In this document: positions 1 through 12,204 of the stretch, piece after piece
Position numbering within the stretch: position 1 is the first letter of the stretch
Layout: each line of letters opens with the position of its first letter
Assembly (NCBI RefSeq): GCF_018350175.1
Contig: NC_058382.1
Coordinates: 48,734,001-48,798,000 of the forward strand
Reading direction: 5' to 3'
From: Felis catus
Taxonomy: Eukaryota
Length of the DNA: 64,000 nucleotides
The notes under the pieces: model-generated
What the model saw: the letters and a program-made list of their open reading frames with translations, nothing else
What the model was told of the DNA's origin: nothing
Database searches by the model: none
Made by a program: the position numbers and the translations under genes

Positions 1-3000
1 AGCAGGCAAGTAGAACTCCAGCATTGCCTGTGGGATGGAGAGGTGTGCAGGCCAACAGGTCCAGAGGGAGGCTGTAATGGCACTTATATATAGGGAGTTT
101 TCCCATTTGGCTGGAACATAGGAAAGGTATGTCAAAAAGCACTAAGAAAATCCTGTTTGGTTACCAGCAACGACTTGGCTGACTTTGGCAAGAAAGGACT
201 TCCTTAGAAGATCATAGGGACTCCTGGAATCAGAGATGACTCAACACCCATGTCCCCTCCAGGGTCTCGGAGTGGTACAGCAGGAACCAAAGGCCAGCTG
301 ACTTCAAGGTACCACTGTTGCCAGGATAAATCTGCTGCAGCCGTACTCAGTAATTTTGTCACCACAATTTGGGATTCACATCCCAGGGAGGAAATGGCTG
401 GTTGGCCCAGCCTGGCAGGGAGGGCTGGTGGCATGGTAGGCAATCCTGCCCACCCCCCCACACCCAGACTGTGTCCAAAAGTTAAAGTCCCCAGAAGAAG
501 AGGAAATGGACACTACAGGAGATCAGTCCAGAAAGCCACTAGATGAGCACACTTAGTTCTGACAAGTGTCTGAGCAGGCAAGGGGCAGACTGGCAACAGG
601 ATATAGTGGGTCATAAGGGGACAAGAAAAGAAGGGAGGGAGGAAATGGAAAACTAAGTAGATAGGGTCCAGGTGAGACATAATGAAAGCTGGAATTTGGC
701 AGTAAGAATGGAAAAGAAGAGACTGATTCTAGAGAGATTGTGAAAGTAGATCTCGTCTTGTGGAACAGCCACTTGATTGGCTGGGGTTGGACATTTCAGT
801 ACCTGGGTGATGAGGTCGGTCCCTTTAGCAGACACAGAGAGGTCAGGAGGAGGAAGAGTTTGCAGGAGAAGATGATGTGGCCTTACTTTGGAGGAGCTGC
901 ACAGAGGATGCTGATGGCATGTCTGGAACCCTGGTGAGCTCATTACTCCTGATTCAACGTTTCCTGAAATTTGGGGCCTCAGCCCTGAGGAGGTGGGGCC
1001 CTAAAGCCACAGAGGCCCTGCACCTCCTGAAAGCAGCTGGGGCTCCATGGCGCAGGCTGAGCACGCCTGGGTCTCTTCTCTCTGCGTACATGAGCCCAGT
1101 ATGGGCTTCTCCTTCCTTCCCCTTTCCTACTCTCAGTTCCCTGCCCCATGTTTCGCACACCTGAGCCCTTGCTAACTCAAGGGCCTACCTCACATCTCTG
1201 GGGACCTGGGTTTTCAGGTTTTGCTTCTTTTCTTCTCAGGGTGCTTGTTAACAGTAAGTCCTTGCTATTAGGGCAGACATCTCCGAGTGACGTTTCTGAA
1301 GGGGAGGGTCTGAACTTGTTATCTGGGGAGAGCAGGCTTTTCCTCCTGTTGTCCTGTGCTCACCAGGGATGCCTGTGTGTGTCCGTAACCAGCCATTCTA
1401 GAGGATTTCTTGGTGCTGATTTATAAATCATTATTGTAATTATAGCATATTGTCAGTGGAGCCTTCATGTTGCCATCGCAGATCTCCTCTAAGGCTCCAG
1501 GGCATAGGCTGGGCTTTGGGCCCCCCAACTTTCTAGCTGACAACTGGGGAAATTTTTTCTTACAGGAATAGGAAGGAGAGATCAGGGTCTTCTCTGGGGT
1601 GGGGGGCAGGAGGAGCTATACCAGAAGGTACTTTATCCCCACAGATTCTCAGAGAGAAGGTCATCTTTCTGGAGTGAAGAGGACTGTTCCCCTCAGCTCC
1701 AGCTGTTGGCATTCAAATATATGTGATATTTTGCAATCCATAAATGTAGTGCATAGTATCATGTACAATAAGGTGAACCAAGGACAAGGGAAATTTAGAG
1801 AAAAATATAATTATAATTTTGATATCAATGCCAAATTTTTATTTGTGTATAGCAGTGTTAAAACAAAACAAATAGTTTTGGAATCGAGTGTTAAAAGCAT
1901 TTTCAACTCAGCTTTTTCCTTCAAAGGGAATGTGACTCTGCAAGAGAGGAAGCCCAGGGAGGGAAAGCCATTTACAGGCTGCTGAGGTGGGAGGGGAGCC
2001 AGAGCCAGTGAGTCTCCTGCCCTGAGGGGCTTTGTTCTCTGTCCTGTAGTCCTTTGTTTTTCATCTCTTCCTGAATTATTGTCTTTGCCCATTAGGGTCT
2101 CTCTTCTCTCCTTCTCTTCTGTAGAATCAGGATAGGAAACATACCAGAGGGACACAAAAAGTAGCCCCCCTTCTGTGCATTTCATGGGTGAGGCCCTTCC
2201 TGCTTCCGAAAGAGCAGCCTTGCAGGGCTTGAGAGAGGGCAGGGGACCCTGGGGTGTTGTGGCATGACCTAGGGACCTTATCCTGCTCTGCCCTTTCTGG
2301 AATCCTTCTGCTGCAAAGTCCTAGCACCACCAGTAGGCAACAACCTCCCAGCCTGAACAGATCAGTAGCCTTCTGAGGAAGAAAATCAGTAATGAATGCA
2401 AATAGCTAATTGGTCTAGGGGGAGCTGCTCTGGTGAGGAAAAATCAACAAGTTATTTATTTGTGTGGCTAAAGGGAATTTGGAGAAATAGTGAAGAGGGG
2501 AGGGTGAGAGGTGGATAGTAGGAAGAGACACAGGTGGGGGAATTGGGGGATGGGCTGGAGATGCCCCCTCCTCTCTCCTGTCACCCCCACAGCTCCTCCC
2601 CTATTCCCTCCTTCCTTCTTTGCAGGCTTTCTTCGGGTTGAAAGGGACATTAGGAGAACTTTGAATCTCCCCTGACCCATAAATGGAGTTCCCTCCAACC
2701 CTCATTCCCACTCAAGTTCAGTTAAAGACAAAATACCAATCCTTTGATGCTAATGGTGAACTAGAACCAGAGTTAGGAGGAAATGAAAGTCTCTGTGGGC
2801 CTGTGCTGAGTCCTTTGGCTGTGCAAATAAAACAGCAGCCAAAGGGACTGAGGCTATGCCGGCAAGGCAGGAGAAGGGAGAGAGCCCCTGAGCTGCTCCT
2901 GGTTCCTGTCTTTCTTGGGTTCTCTAGAGAGCCATGTGAGTCTGGGATTGGCAGGCCGTGAGGGATTTTCCAGAGGTTGGCCATCTCTCTGTCCTGTCCT

Positions 3001-5059
3001 GTCCTGTCCCAGAGGGCTTGGTGTTTCCCTGGACTGATGCCTGTTTAGCCTCTGGGTTCTTGGGGCCTCTGGCATCGCTTAGGAAGAGAGCCTAGGTACC
3101 ACAGGAAAGAGTGAAGGGGAAGAGGAGAGGAATGGGGGGCCTGTTCAGGTTCTTCTAGTGGAGAGGAGTCAAGGCCTTCCTTAGGCAGGAAGATGCTATG
3201 AAATGGGGAGTAAACAATTTACATCAAGAAGGTTCAGCCAAAGGCCAAAGTGTCAGCTGCCTGATGAAGGCACTTCCTCAGTGCTTGAAGAGTAATTTAC
3301 ACTTGACCCTAAAAGCAGCAGTGGACAAACTTGTAGGATGAATGTGAATTTTGATCTCTCAAGTGGCGTTTTTTGTACATAACGCAGAAGACACCTCACC
3401 TCCTTTCAAACCTGGGTGAGGTATTTTGAAAGGTGTCTTCTTCCACTCGAGCCACCTATCCTGGTAATTTCTACCTACCTGGGACCTGTGCGCCTCCCCT
3501 GCTCTTCATCCTGTGCAAAACAGGGAGCAGCCAGGCCTTCACTGTTGGCAGCCAGTGAGGCCAACATGGAGGCCTGAGCTGGCTGAGGACAGCAGACCTT
3601 CAGGGAAGGGCCGACTTAGCTTTTCTAAAGGGGAAGCAGCTTGTTTGGTCAGGGGACCCCCTCCATGATTTTCACAGCCCAGGGCCCAGTCTGGTTGCAC
3701 ACATACAGGGTTCTTGCTGCCTTACCTACCCACAGGGGTTTTGATGCTGTGTGACCCTGGGCAAGTCCCTGCCTCTCCTGAGGCCTCAGAGTCCAAATAC
3801 AGAATTTAAAGACCTACTCAAGGACTTGCTCTCAAACCATCTGGTAGATCCAACAGAGGAACACCAAGTCCTCAGGGGGAAGGTAATGCTGGGGGCCCAG
3901 GATGCCACTCCATGGTCCAGACCCTTATGGGAATCAGTTTGACTTTTCTTCTAACCTGCTTGGATGGACTAAACAGCAGCCAGCCTGCTGTGGCATCTCT
4001 CGACAATTGGGCTCTTAGAGCCGGGACATCTGTCCTCAGGCCTCCTGTTGTTCTCATCCCCACCTCCTAACCTGTACTTTAATTCTGTCCTGAGTTCAGG
4101 CAGAAAAACCCATCTGGTCTCTCATCACATTCCTCTCTTCCTATACTGGCCAGAGTGGCCCCAGAGTGACTGGTTATAGGTTCCTGTTTCTTTCTGCTCC
4201 CAATTCTCTTATGCTACCCTCTTATGCCCTGGGCTCTGCTCTAGCCAGGGTTTTTTTTTCTTTTTTTCCCCCCACAGCCAGGGTGGGAGGTGAGATCACA
4301 GGCTGATCACAGGAAGGGGCACATCACTGGCATGGATACAGGGCAGGTCTGGAACGAGGTGGGGGAGGGCTTCATAGTAGAGGAGAGAGGAGGGCAGTGA
4401 GGAAAAGCCCATACTCACCAGGATGCGAAGGCCTGAACTGAAAGGGCAGGGCACAACTAGGTACCTTGAGGAGACCAGTTTGGACAGAGCATAAGGTTTT
4501 TGGGATAATTGCCCAAGAAGGAGGGCCAGGATGGAGGGGTCTGGCCAAGAAATGGGCCCGAAGACCCACCTTGGTGCAGGAAGGAACAGGCTTTCTTGTA
4601 GGACTGGCTGGTCACACAAGGATTGTGTTTGCAGGAAGTGTGGGCGGAGTTGTTAATGACTGTTTGTTCTCCACAGGCTGTGAAGCTGCCAAGGGTCAGT
4701 CTGATAAGAGGGAAGAGATAGACTCCTTGAGTTTTATACTCCCGACAGCTGCCTTCTCTCAGCCGGCCCCACAGATACTGACAGTCTATTGTGGCACTGC
4801 TCTTGGTCTATCTCCTTTCCTTCCTGAAATACAGTCTCTGGCTTCAGCCCAGCTGGGTTTCCCCTGCCTGGCCGCCAGCTCCTGTTTCCATCTGTGGTCA
4901 GATGAGGCTTGCACTGGGGGAGGGGTCAGTCCTGGCAAGACGGAGCCAATTCTGAGCCTGACCCCAGGGTGGGAAGCCACCCTAAGGTGGGGCCAGGGCT
5001 TTGGACTAAGCATCATCTTCTGGATCTTCCTGGTCCATTTTGGTCTGAGGATTACCTTG

Positions 5060-5575
5060 CCATTCACCCAGGCAGCTCTGGTGTTTGGGAAGGCCTGGCT
5101 GTTTTGCTAGAAGGATTCAGAGATGGGGATCTGATGGGATTTGCATTTGTGAAGATCATTTTGGCTCCCCTGTGGACAATGCATAGGAGGGTTTCTAGTA
5201 GGTCTGGGGCTCTAACAGTCAGGGGGCTACTGTAGGTGAAGGTTGACAGTGCCCTGGATAGTGTGATAGTGATAGACACATAGAAAAGTAGAAAGATGAG
5301 AGATTTAGGTGGTAAAAATCAGGTGGACTTGGTATGAGGTTGACTGAGGGAGATTGAAGGAAAGGGGGGCACAGATGGCTTCTAGGTTTCAGGGTTGGAT
5401 GGATGATGTCCCTTTCCCAGAAACTGGGAACACAGAAAGAGGACCAGGTTTGGGAGCTTAGAGCATACATGAGTTTGGTTTGGGGTAGGTTGAGTTTGAG
5501 GTATTTTGGGGCACCTCTAAGGCATATCATCAAGGTGTGACATCCAGAAATGAAGGAAATAGATGGGTCTAGAAT
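5060..5575 (-). mobile_element. Ancient L2 LINE fragment
   Basis: Degenerate L2-like motifs (GGGAACACAGAAAGAGGACCAGGTTTGGG...GTTGAGTTTGAGG) recognised by eye. Confidence 0.5.
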
Positions 5576-6657
5576 TCAGGGGGAAGTTTGGCAACATTTG
5601 AAATGCCAGATGTGACTCTTAACAGATTGAGAAACAGGTTTGGAAGGGGATCCCCCCAAATCCATTGTCAGACGAGGAATGGGATCGAGGGTCCTAACTT
5701 CCCATTGTATCCCATAGCCAGGGTCTATATTCTCTTCTCCTGCCTGATTCAGTTGGTTCAGGGCCTTTCCAGGCAGCAAAAGGCATGACACCCTCCCCTG
5801 CTGAGTCTTCCATATGATTGAGGGACTCTGGCAGTGGACAGTGCTGACTCCGGACCATCCAGGAAGGCCATGCGTGTCAGAGCTTCCCTCGCCATCAGCT
5901 TATCTGGACAGTGTCTCTGGCTGGAGAAGTACTAGGGTCCTGGCCAGAACTGGGCCACTGCTGGGGAATCCCAGGACCGTTTCTGTTTGTGTGGCCTCTC
6001 AGCTGGATTGACCTATCGGGGACGGGATTTTAGGGACAGGTTCAGGGCAGTCCTTCTGCGTCAGATGGCAAGTTATATAGTAAGTGGCTTTCTAAAAATT
6101 CCTTTAAATGAAATGGGAGTTGGCTATACATGTGTGCAAGATTGTATCATTGGACTTCTTCAATTACAAAGGCCAAAAATCCAACTCATCCAGCCTCAGG
6201 TTGACTCATAGCTGAGGAGGGTGTGGCTGGCCACATGCAGGGAAGATGGGAGGTGGGGCTCAACCAACATCCATCTCACTGTGTGACCGTGCCACCACTG
6301 TGTGTGATGACGCCACTCTCAGTTCCCATTGGCCTGCCAGCAGGGCCGGCCCTACCCCCGCTATGGTGGCTGAATGCATTTCATGCTCTCGTTGGCCAGG
6401 CCTGGGTTACAGGGCACAGAAATGGAAATTTGAAGAGAGGTGGTTCCCCAAAGGAAAGTAGGGTTGTCATCCACTACAGAGACTCCACATGTTGAGGCAG
6501 CTGACAGTGCACGGTGTGCGTTTGGACTCAGGGAGATCTTGCAATAGTTCTATGCCTGAATTACATGTCAGAAACAGCACTGTGGACAAACTGATAAGGA
6601 TTTATTGCCATTTATTAATTTTCCTTGTTAAGAACTAAATGCTAAAATGTAGAATGG

Positions 6658-6877
6658 GGGGCGCCTGGGTGGCTCAGTCGGTTAAGCATCCAACTTCAGC
6701 TCAGGTCCTGATCTCATGGTTTGTGAGTTCCCCTTGTCGGGCTCTGTGCTGACAGCTCAGAGCCTGGAGCCTGCTTTGGATTCTGTGTCTCCCTCCCTTT
6801 CTACCCTTTCCTCTCATGCTCTGTCTGTCTCTCTCTCTCTCTCAAAAATAAATAAACATTAAAAAATAATAAAAAAA
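6658..6877 (+). mobile_element. CAN-SINE (SINEC_Fc-like)
   Basis: GGGGCGCCTGGGTGGCTCAGTCGG head, (CT)n, A tail; TSD TAAAATKTAGAATGG at 6643-6657 and 6878-6892. Confidence 0.92.
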
Positions 6878-6986
6878 TAAAATTTAGAATGGAATTTCAA
6901 ATCATCGAACCATTCCATTTATAGATCAGGAAGTAGAAGTTGAGAAATTTGCCTACTGCCTTCAAATCAGAAGGTGGAAGAACCCA

Positions 6987-7208
6987 GGGGTGCCTGGGTG
7001 GCTCAGTCGGTTGCGTGTCTGACTTCAGCTCAGGTCATGATCTCTCAGCTCGTGGGTTTGAGCCCCGCATCAGGCTCTGTGCTGACAGCTCGGAGCCTGG
7101 AGCCTGCTTTGGATCCTGTGTCTCCCTCTCTCTCTGCCCCTAACCCAGTCACATTCTGTCTCTGTCTCTCTCAAAAATAAATAAACATTTTTTTTTAATA
7201 AAAAAAAA
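6987..7208 (+). mobile_element. CAN-SINE
   Basis: Full-length; TSD AAGGTGRAAGAACCCA at 6971-6986 and 7209-7224. Confidence 0.92.
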
Positions 7209-8479
7209 AAGGTGAAAGAACCCAGCTCATCTGACGTAGACTGGGGCTCTTTCTAGTGTTGAAGTGGGGTTTTTTTAGGTGTTTTCTCACTGTTTCAACT
7301 GCCTAGCCACAAGGAGTGATTCATCCCTTGGACCGCAGGTCAAAGAGCAGGCATAGGCAGGTTATGGCCAAAGGTCCCTTCTTTGTGGTGGCCCAGGGCC
7401 ATCTGCATGGCGGATAGTGTTACGCAGGGGTCTGTTGACAAGAGGAAGACCCTCACTGTTGCATCAAACTGGTCCCAGTAAACAGAGGAGGCATTGGCCC
7501 AACTCTCAGGCTTCTGCCCTGGTGCTGCCTTCGTCTGTCCTCGTGGCTTCCTGGGTGTTCACCATCCTCCGTATTGTTTCCTGGTGGGGCCTGGATAAGG
7601 ATGTAGCTCTAGGGCTGTGGTGCTTTCTGGATTATGTTGGGTTATTTCCTACTGGGGACAGTTGTGCCCCTCTGTCTTCTCCCTTGGAAGAGAACACCCA
7701 GGACTGTGGTGCCAGTTTCAGGAAGAGATAGATAAATAGCACAGTTTTGACTTCTACCTCCAGTTTGTGAGGCAATAGGTATTTGACCCAGCTTGGCAGA
7801 GCCAGCAACAACGTGTTGTAGAAAGAACTCTGGGCTTCGAGCCTCCAACTTACAGGAGCCTTTATGTTTATTCTGGCACAGGCTTCTTGCCTTGGGTGGG
7901 TCACGTCCCTGAGTCTCTGATCCAGAGAGGGAAGGCTGTCCCCATGAGGGGCTTCAGGGGAGTTCGAAAGCGTGAATGATATATTAACAAAATGCTGGAG
8001 GTCCGAGGAGCTTGAGGGCAATTCTCACCAACTCCTAAGGGCTCAGAGAGTGCAGTGGGGCTCTTCTGAGTTTGGGACTGAATTCCTCTTTCATTCTGAC
8101 CATCTTATCGTATATCTTTCCTCCTGCCCTTCATATATTTGTGGATAGCAAGTTAGTTCTTCCCTCCTGAACTGTCTGCCAGCCCAAACTGTCTGACAGC
8201 CCAACTGTCTGACTAGCGTGCTTGGTCTGCGCCTCATGCTTGCCTCCTGGAGGCCCCCTGTCAGCCTGTTTCTGCCTGGGGCCGTGCTTTAAGTGGTCAC
8301 CCAGCCTGGCTCACACCTCCTGGTTCCCTTAGGCTTAGCCGCAGTGTCTACTCTTGTCCCTGCCTCTCTCCTCTCGGTGAGGCTGAAACTCCATGGTACC
8401 TCAGGTACATGGCGCAGCTTACGGTCCTCGCTTATTTCATCTTGGCAGGGACTATCAGGGGCAAGTAGGGCAGGCATTA

Positions 8480-8600
8480 TCATGCTCATTTTACAGATGG
8501 AGGACCTGGGGCCCAGAGAGAGATGATCTGCCCAAAGACCCAACTGTCTAACAGCAGAGCCAGTTCTGGAATTGAGGTCCTCTGAATTTAGTCCAGAGTT
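8480..8600. mobile_element. MIR fragment (similar remnants near 3700-3800, 13760-13920, 27030-27130)
   Basis: CATTTTACAGATGGAGGACCTGGGGCCCAGAGAG resembles the MIR core. Confidence 0.6.
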
Positions 8601-11600
8601 CACTGTCAAATGTTAACTCATAGGGACATGTTGGGGTGGGGATGCCCCAGTCTCACCAAAGAAGGCAAAGGGCTTGAAAGCAGGCCCTGGGACCCCCTAC
8701 TCATAGCCCCCGGATCAACCTTGCAAAGCTTCAGTCCTAAACTAGTGCATCCCTGTGTAACGACAAAATACACAATAAGCCAGACAATAGAGACTGCTCC
8801 CTGGGGACCATTGTATTGGACCCTGATCTGTGCATTCCTCCCTTCCACATCCCCTGAAGTTGACATCACTAATGCTTATCATGATGGATATCATCTTAAC
8901 CAGATCCAGGAGGATGAGTCACTTCTGGAGAATAGGACTGGGGAGGGCGCCTTGCTCCCACACCCCTGACTCCACTTACCTGGGAGTGAGCATCAGAGGC
9001 AGTGTAAGGTACCAGCTGATATTGCTACTTTCCAGAGGTGATGAAGTGTATTACCCAGCAACCTTAGAGATGTTCTGTATCCCGGGGGCCCTGCCTGAGT
9101 CAGTCACAGCATAGTATCAACTCCTCAGTAAAGAAGATTGCTCAGGCAGAGCAAGGGAGAAATGACAGCAATTGTTGGGCATGGCGCAGTCCAGAGCTGG
9201 GCTCTCCAGTTTACTGGCCACTTGCTTTCTGCCTCCTGAAGTGACACAGGGAAAAACAGGGAGACGGGGTAGGGGTGCTTCCCAAAGCTGCCTGTGGAGT
9301 TGGTGCTGGAAATCTCTGATGGCAGCAGGCTGAGCACAGACTCACGCCCTATAAGTGGAACTTCCAACGTCTCTATTGGAAAGGCAACATCCAGAAGACA
9401 CAGTGACCAAGCAACGGGCCCAACTCTGGGCTCCTCCATCCTTTTACTCCACTTCTCTCTACCTCCACTCCCAGGGGAGAGAGAGGACATCATTTCCCTT
9501 TAATCTCCTGTCCAAGCATGGCTACAAACACCTTCTTTGGGTTTCCATTAGCATAGCTGCCATAGGCTGACCTTTCCAAACGACATTACTAAATATAAAA
9601 GAAGAACAAAACAAAGCTAAAGATAGAGAATAAAAGCAGCCTGGCTCACAAAGTGCAGACGACTGGTTTGTTTTTAGGGTTTTCAGAGTACTCCACCGCA
9701 GGAGATACCTATCTCCAGGCCAGCATAACTCTGCATGCCCTTCTGCTAGAGTCTCGGCTTCCTAGCTCTGACCTGCCTTCCTGTGTAAGGCAGCCCTTAG
9801 GACCCATACTACCATGGATCTCCTCCAAGAGAGCTAGACTACCTCCTGATCAAGTGCCTGGCCCACCCTCCTCTCTATCCAGGGTTTGCTGGCTCCATCC
9901 TTAGGTCCCAGGGGATTAGCACCTACATAACTGTACCCTGTAGGAGTTCTGTCTTATTTTAAGTAAGCATTGCAGTAGGACCCATCTCTTGACAAAGTGC
10001 TTATGCCCCAGCTTAGCCTACAGCTGCCATTGAAGGGCTGGCGGTCCTCCAACATCTGATCTTGTCGGGAACTGTACAAGTCTCCCTGCCTGGTTCCTTC
10101 CTCCCACTGGGCTACAAGAATAGAAACTGATAAGAAGTGGGCCTGGTCAATGGGAGTTTTTTGGGTGGATTAAGGAATAGATTGGGTTTAAAAACAAGAA
10201 CCAAAAAAACACTGAAGTCATCTAGTCTTGATGCAGGAAGTAGATGTGGGCCTGGTCATAAAGCTGCATTTCTAGCCTACAGCACTGCCTCTGTGTCCCG
10301 CCTGGCATATGAGTGATGCCCAGGGGCCAGGTCTCCACACTCCAAACTGCTGCCTGCCAGCATGTACGATGCTCCCATTTCATACCAAATGTTCAGCTGG
10401 AGACACAAAAAATCAAAAGAACCACACCTCACGAGGGAATGTGGGGGCAAGATGGATAGAAAAAGGGAGGTTGTCATCAGTTACAGCCTGCTGTCCTACC
10501 TTGCTAAGGTTGGAACCCTTTAGAGAAATTTGCCCCGTGCAAAGTAGGCTTCCATGCCTGCAGCCCAGGCTGTCACCTTCATGGCCCCAGAGGCTCTGGT
10601 AGACATTCTACCTGGGTAGCTTGGCTGGGCCATGGGGACTGAAAACCTAGAGTTCCTACCAGCCCAGTGGAACAGGTGTGGCACATCCCTGGGGCAGATG
10701 ACAGAGCCTTGCTCTCACCTATACCTTCAAGCATGATGTGAGCCCTCACTGAGTGGGCATTCTGCTCCTGGCTTCCAGCCCCTGAGCTGGAAGAGGGGAG
10801 AATCCCAGAACAGGTGCTGATGCACTCTGAGAGAGCATTGCTTCCGGACCCACCTGTCCCAGAAGTTCTGTCAGCATTCTTGGGGTCATAGCTTGTTCTC
10901 TGCATTGGAGCATTAGGCCAAGCCCATCCCATAATGCCACCCAGTAAGAACTGGTGGCTTCCCTCTGTTTTGCCAAGGGCCTGGAACCCTGGTGGGTTGT
11001 GCCCATGTGATGATAGCACATACCTGTTGTGCAGACTTTCTTGCCAGGGAAGCAGTCAGTCACCCTGCTTCCTGGGCCTCTTTCTTGCAGGTCTACAGTA
11101 CTGGCAGTTGGGTTATGACCTCTTTTCTGGCATTCTCTCCCCTATCCTCCCATCCCAGAGAGGATGTGGGGATAGATGCTAGAGTTTTAAGTGAAGTCCT
11201 TCAACTCAGCCTGGGCCACGGCCTAGATGGAGTTTGAACCACAGAGACTGTGGTCTGGAAACTTCTAGAAGAATAGCTTCTTCTTTCTCTAAGTGTCCAC
11301 TGGCAAGACTTGTATGTGCCCTCACTCAGCCCCTTCTCCATCATCCCCTTCTGGGGTGTAGTGGCCTGAGCCTTCTTGCAGGTGCAGGGAAGGGAGACCC
11401 CATGCAGAACCCCTTGCCGTGGTCCAGGCTTGGAAAGGGGCAAGAAAGGGCAATGGCAGAAAGCAGGAATGCCAATCCTGTTCCTTTCCCCAAAGGGAGG
11501 GAAAAAGTGGCCAGAAAGTGGTCAGGAATTCTGGTTTTGCTCTCCAAGGGCTGGGAGAAAGAGCACTGGTTGGGAGTTAGAGAGGGAAATGCCCTGCCCC

Positions 11601-12000
11601 TCTCCACCATTTTTCCTGAATTATAGCTCCTTTTGGAGCATTTGCCCTTTGTCCCCAGCCTCTGGAGCTTCCTTCTCAGTCTGCTGGCTCCTGCCTAGGA
11701 TTATTGTTTCAGGAAGCTGTCTGGGTATGCTGAGTCATGTTTTCAAACTGGCTGATTCCCTGCCACACGGGTGCAAGTGTTGGGGAAGAGAGGGTTGAAC
11801 ATTACCTGGAGAAACCACGTTCTTCCCTTTCACTCCCCCTGGGAAGGGGGATGGAGTGCAAAGAGACTCTCTCCTAAACCTTCTCTTAGACCCACTCCCT
11901 GCACCCCAGTGTAGAGGGAGTGTGTATGTTTCTGGGAGCCAGTGTTGAGGAGCATTGGATTAATACCTGTTTCTGAGAAGAGCAGGGAGGCTCCCTTTTC

Positions 12001-12204
12001 TTTTTCTTTTTTTTTTTTAAGTTTATTTGTTTATTTTGAGACAGCACACAGGGGTGGAGGAACAGAGAGAGAGGGAATCCCAAGTAGGCTCCTCATTGTC
12101 AGCATGGAACCGGATGCGGGTCTCACACTCGTGAACCATGAGATCGTGACCTAAGACAAAATCAAGAGTTGGATGCCTAACCAGCTGAGCCACCCAGGTG
12201 CCCC
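12001..12204 (-). mobile_element. CAN-SINE
   Basis: Poly-T followed by reverse-complement body ending CTGAGCCACCCAGGTGCCCC. Confidence 0.9.

Noticed and set aside
4466..5110. 214 aa ORF
   Set aside because: Non-ATG start, no recognisable domain, intronic, runs into an L2 remnant; expected by chance in GC-rich DNA
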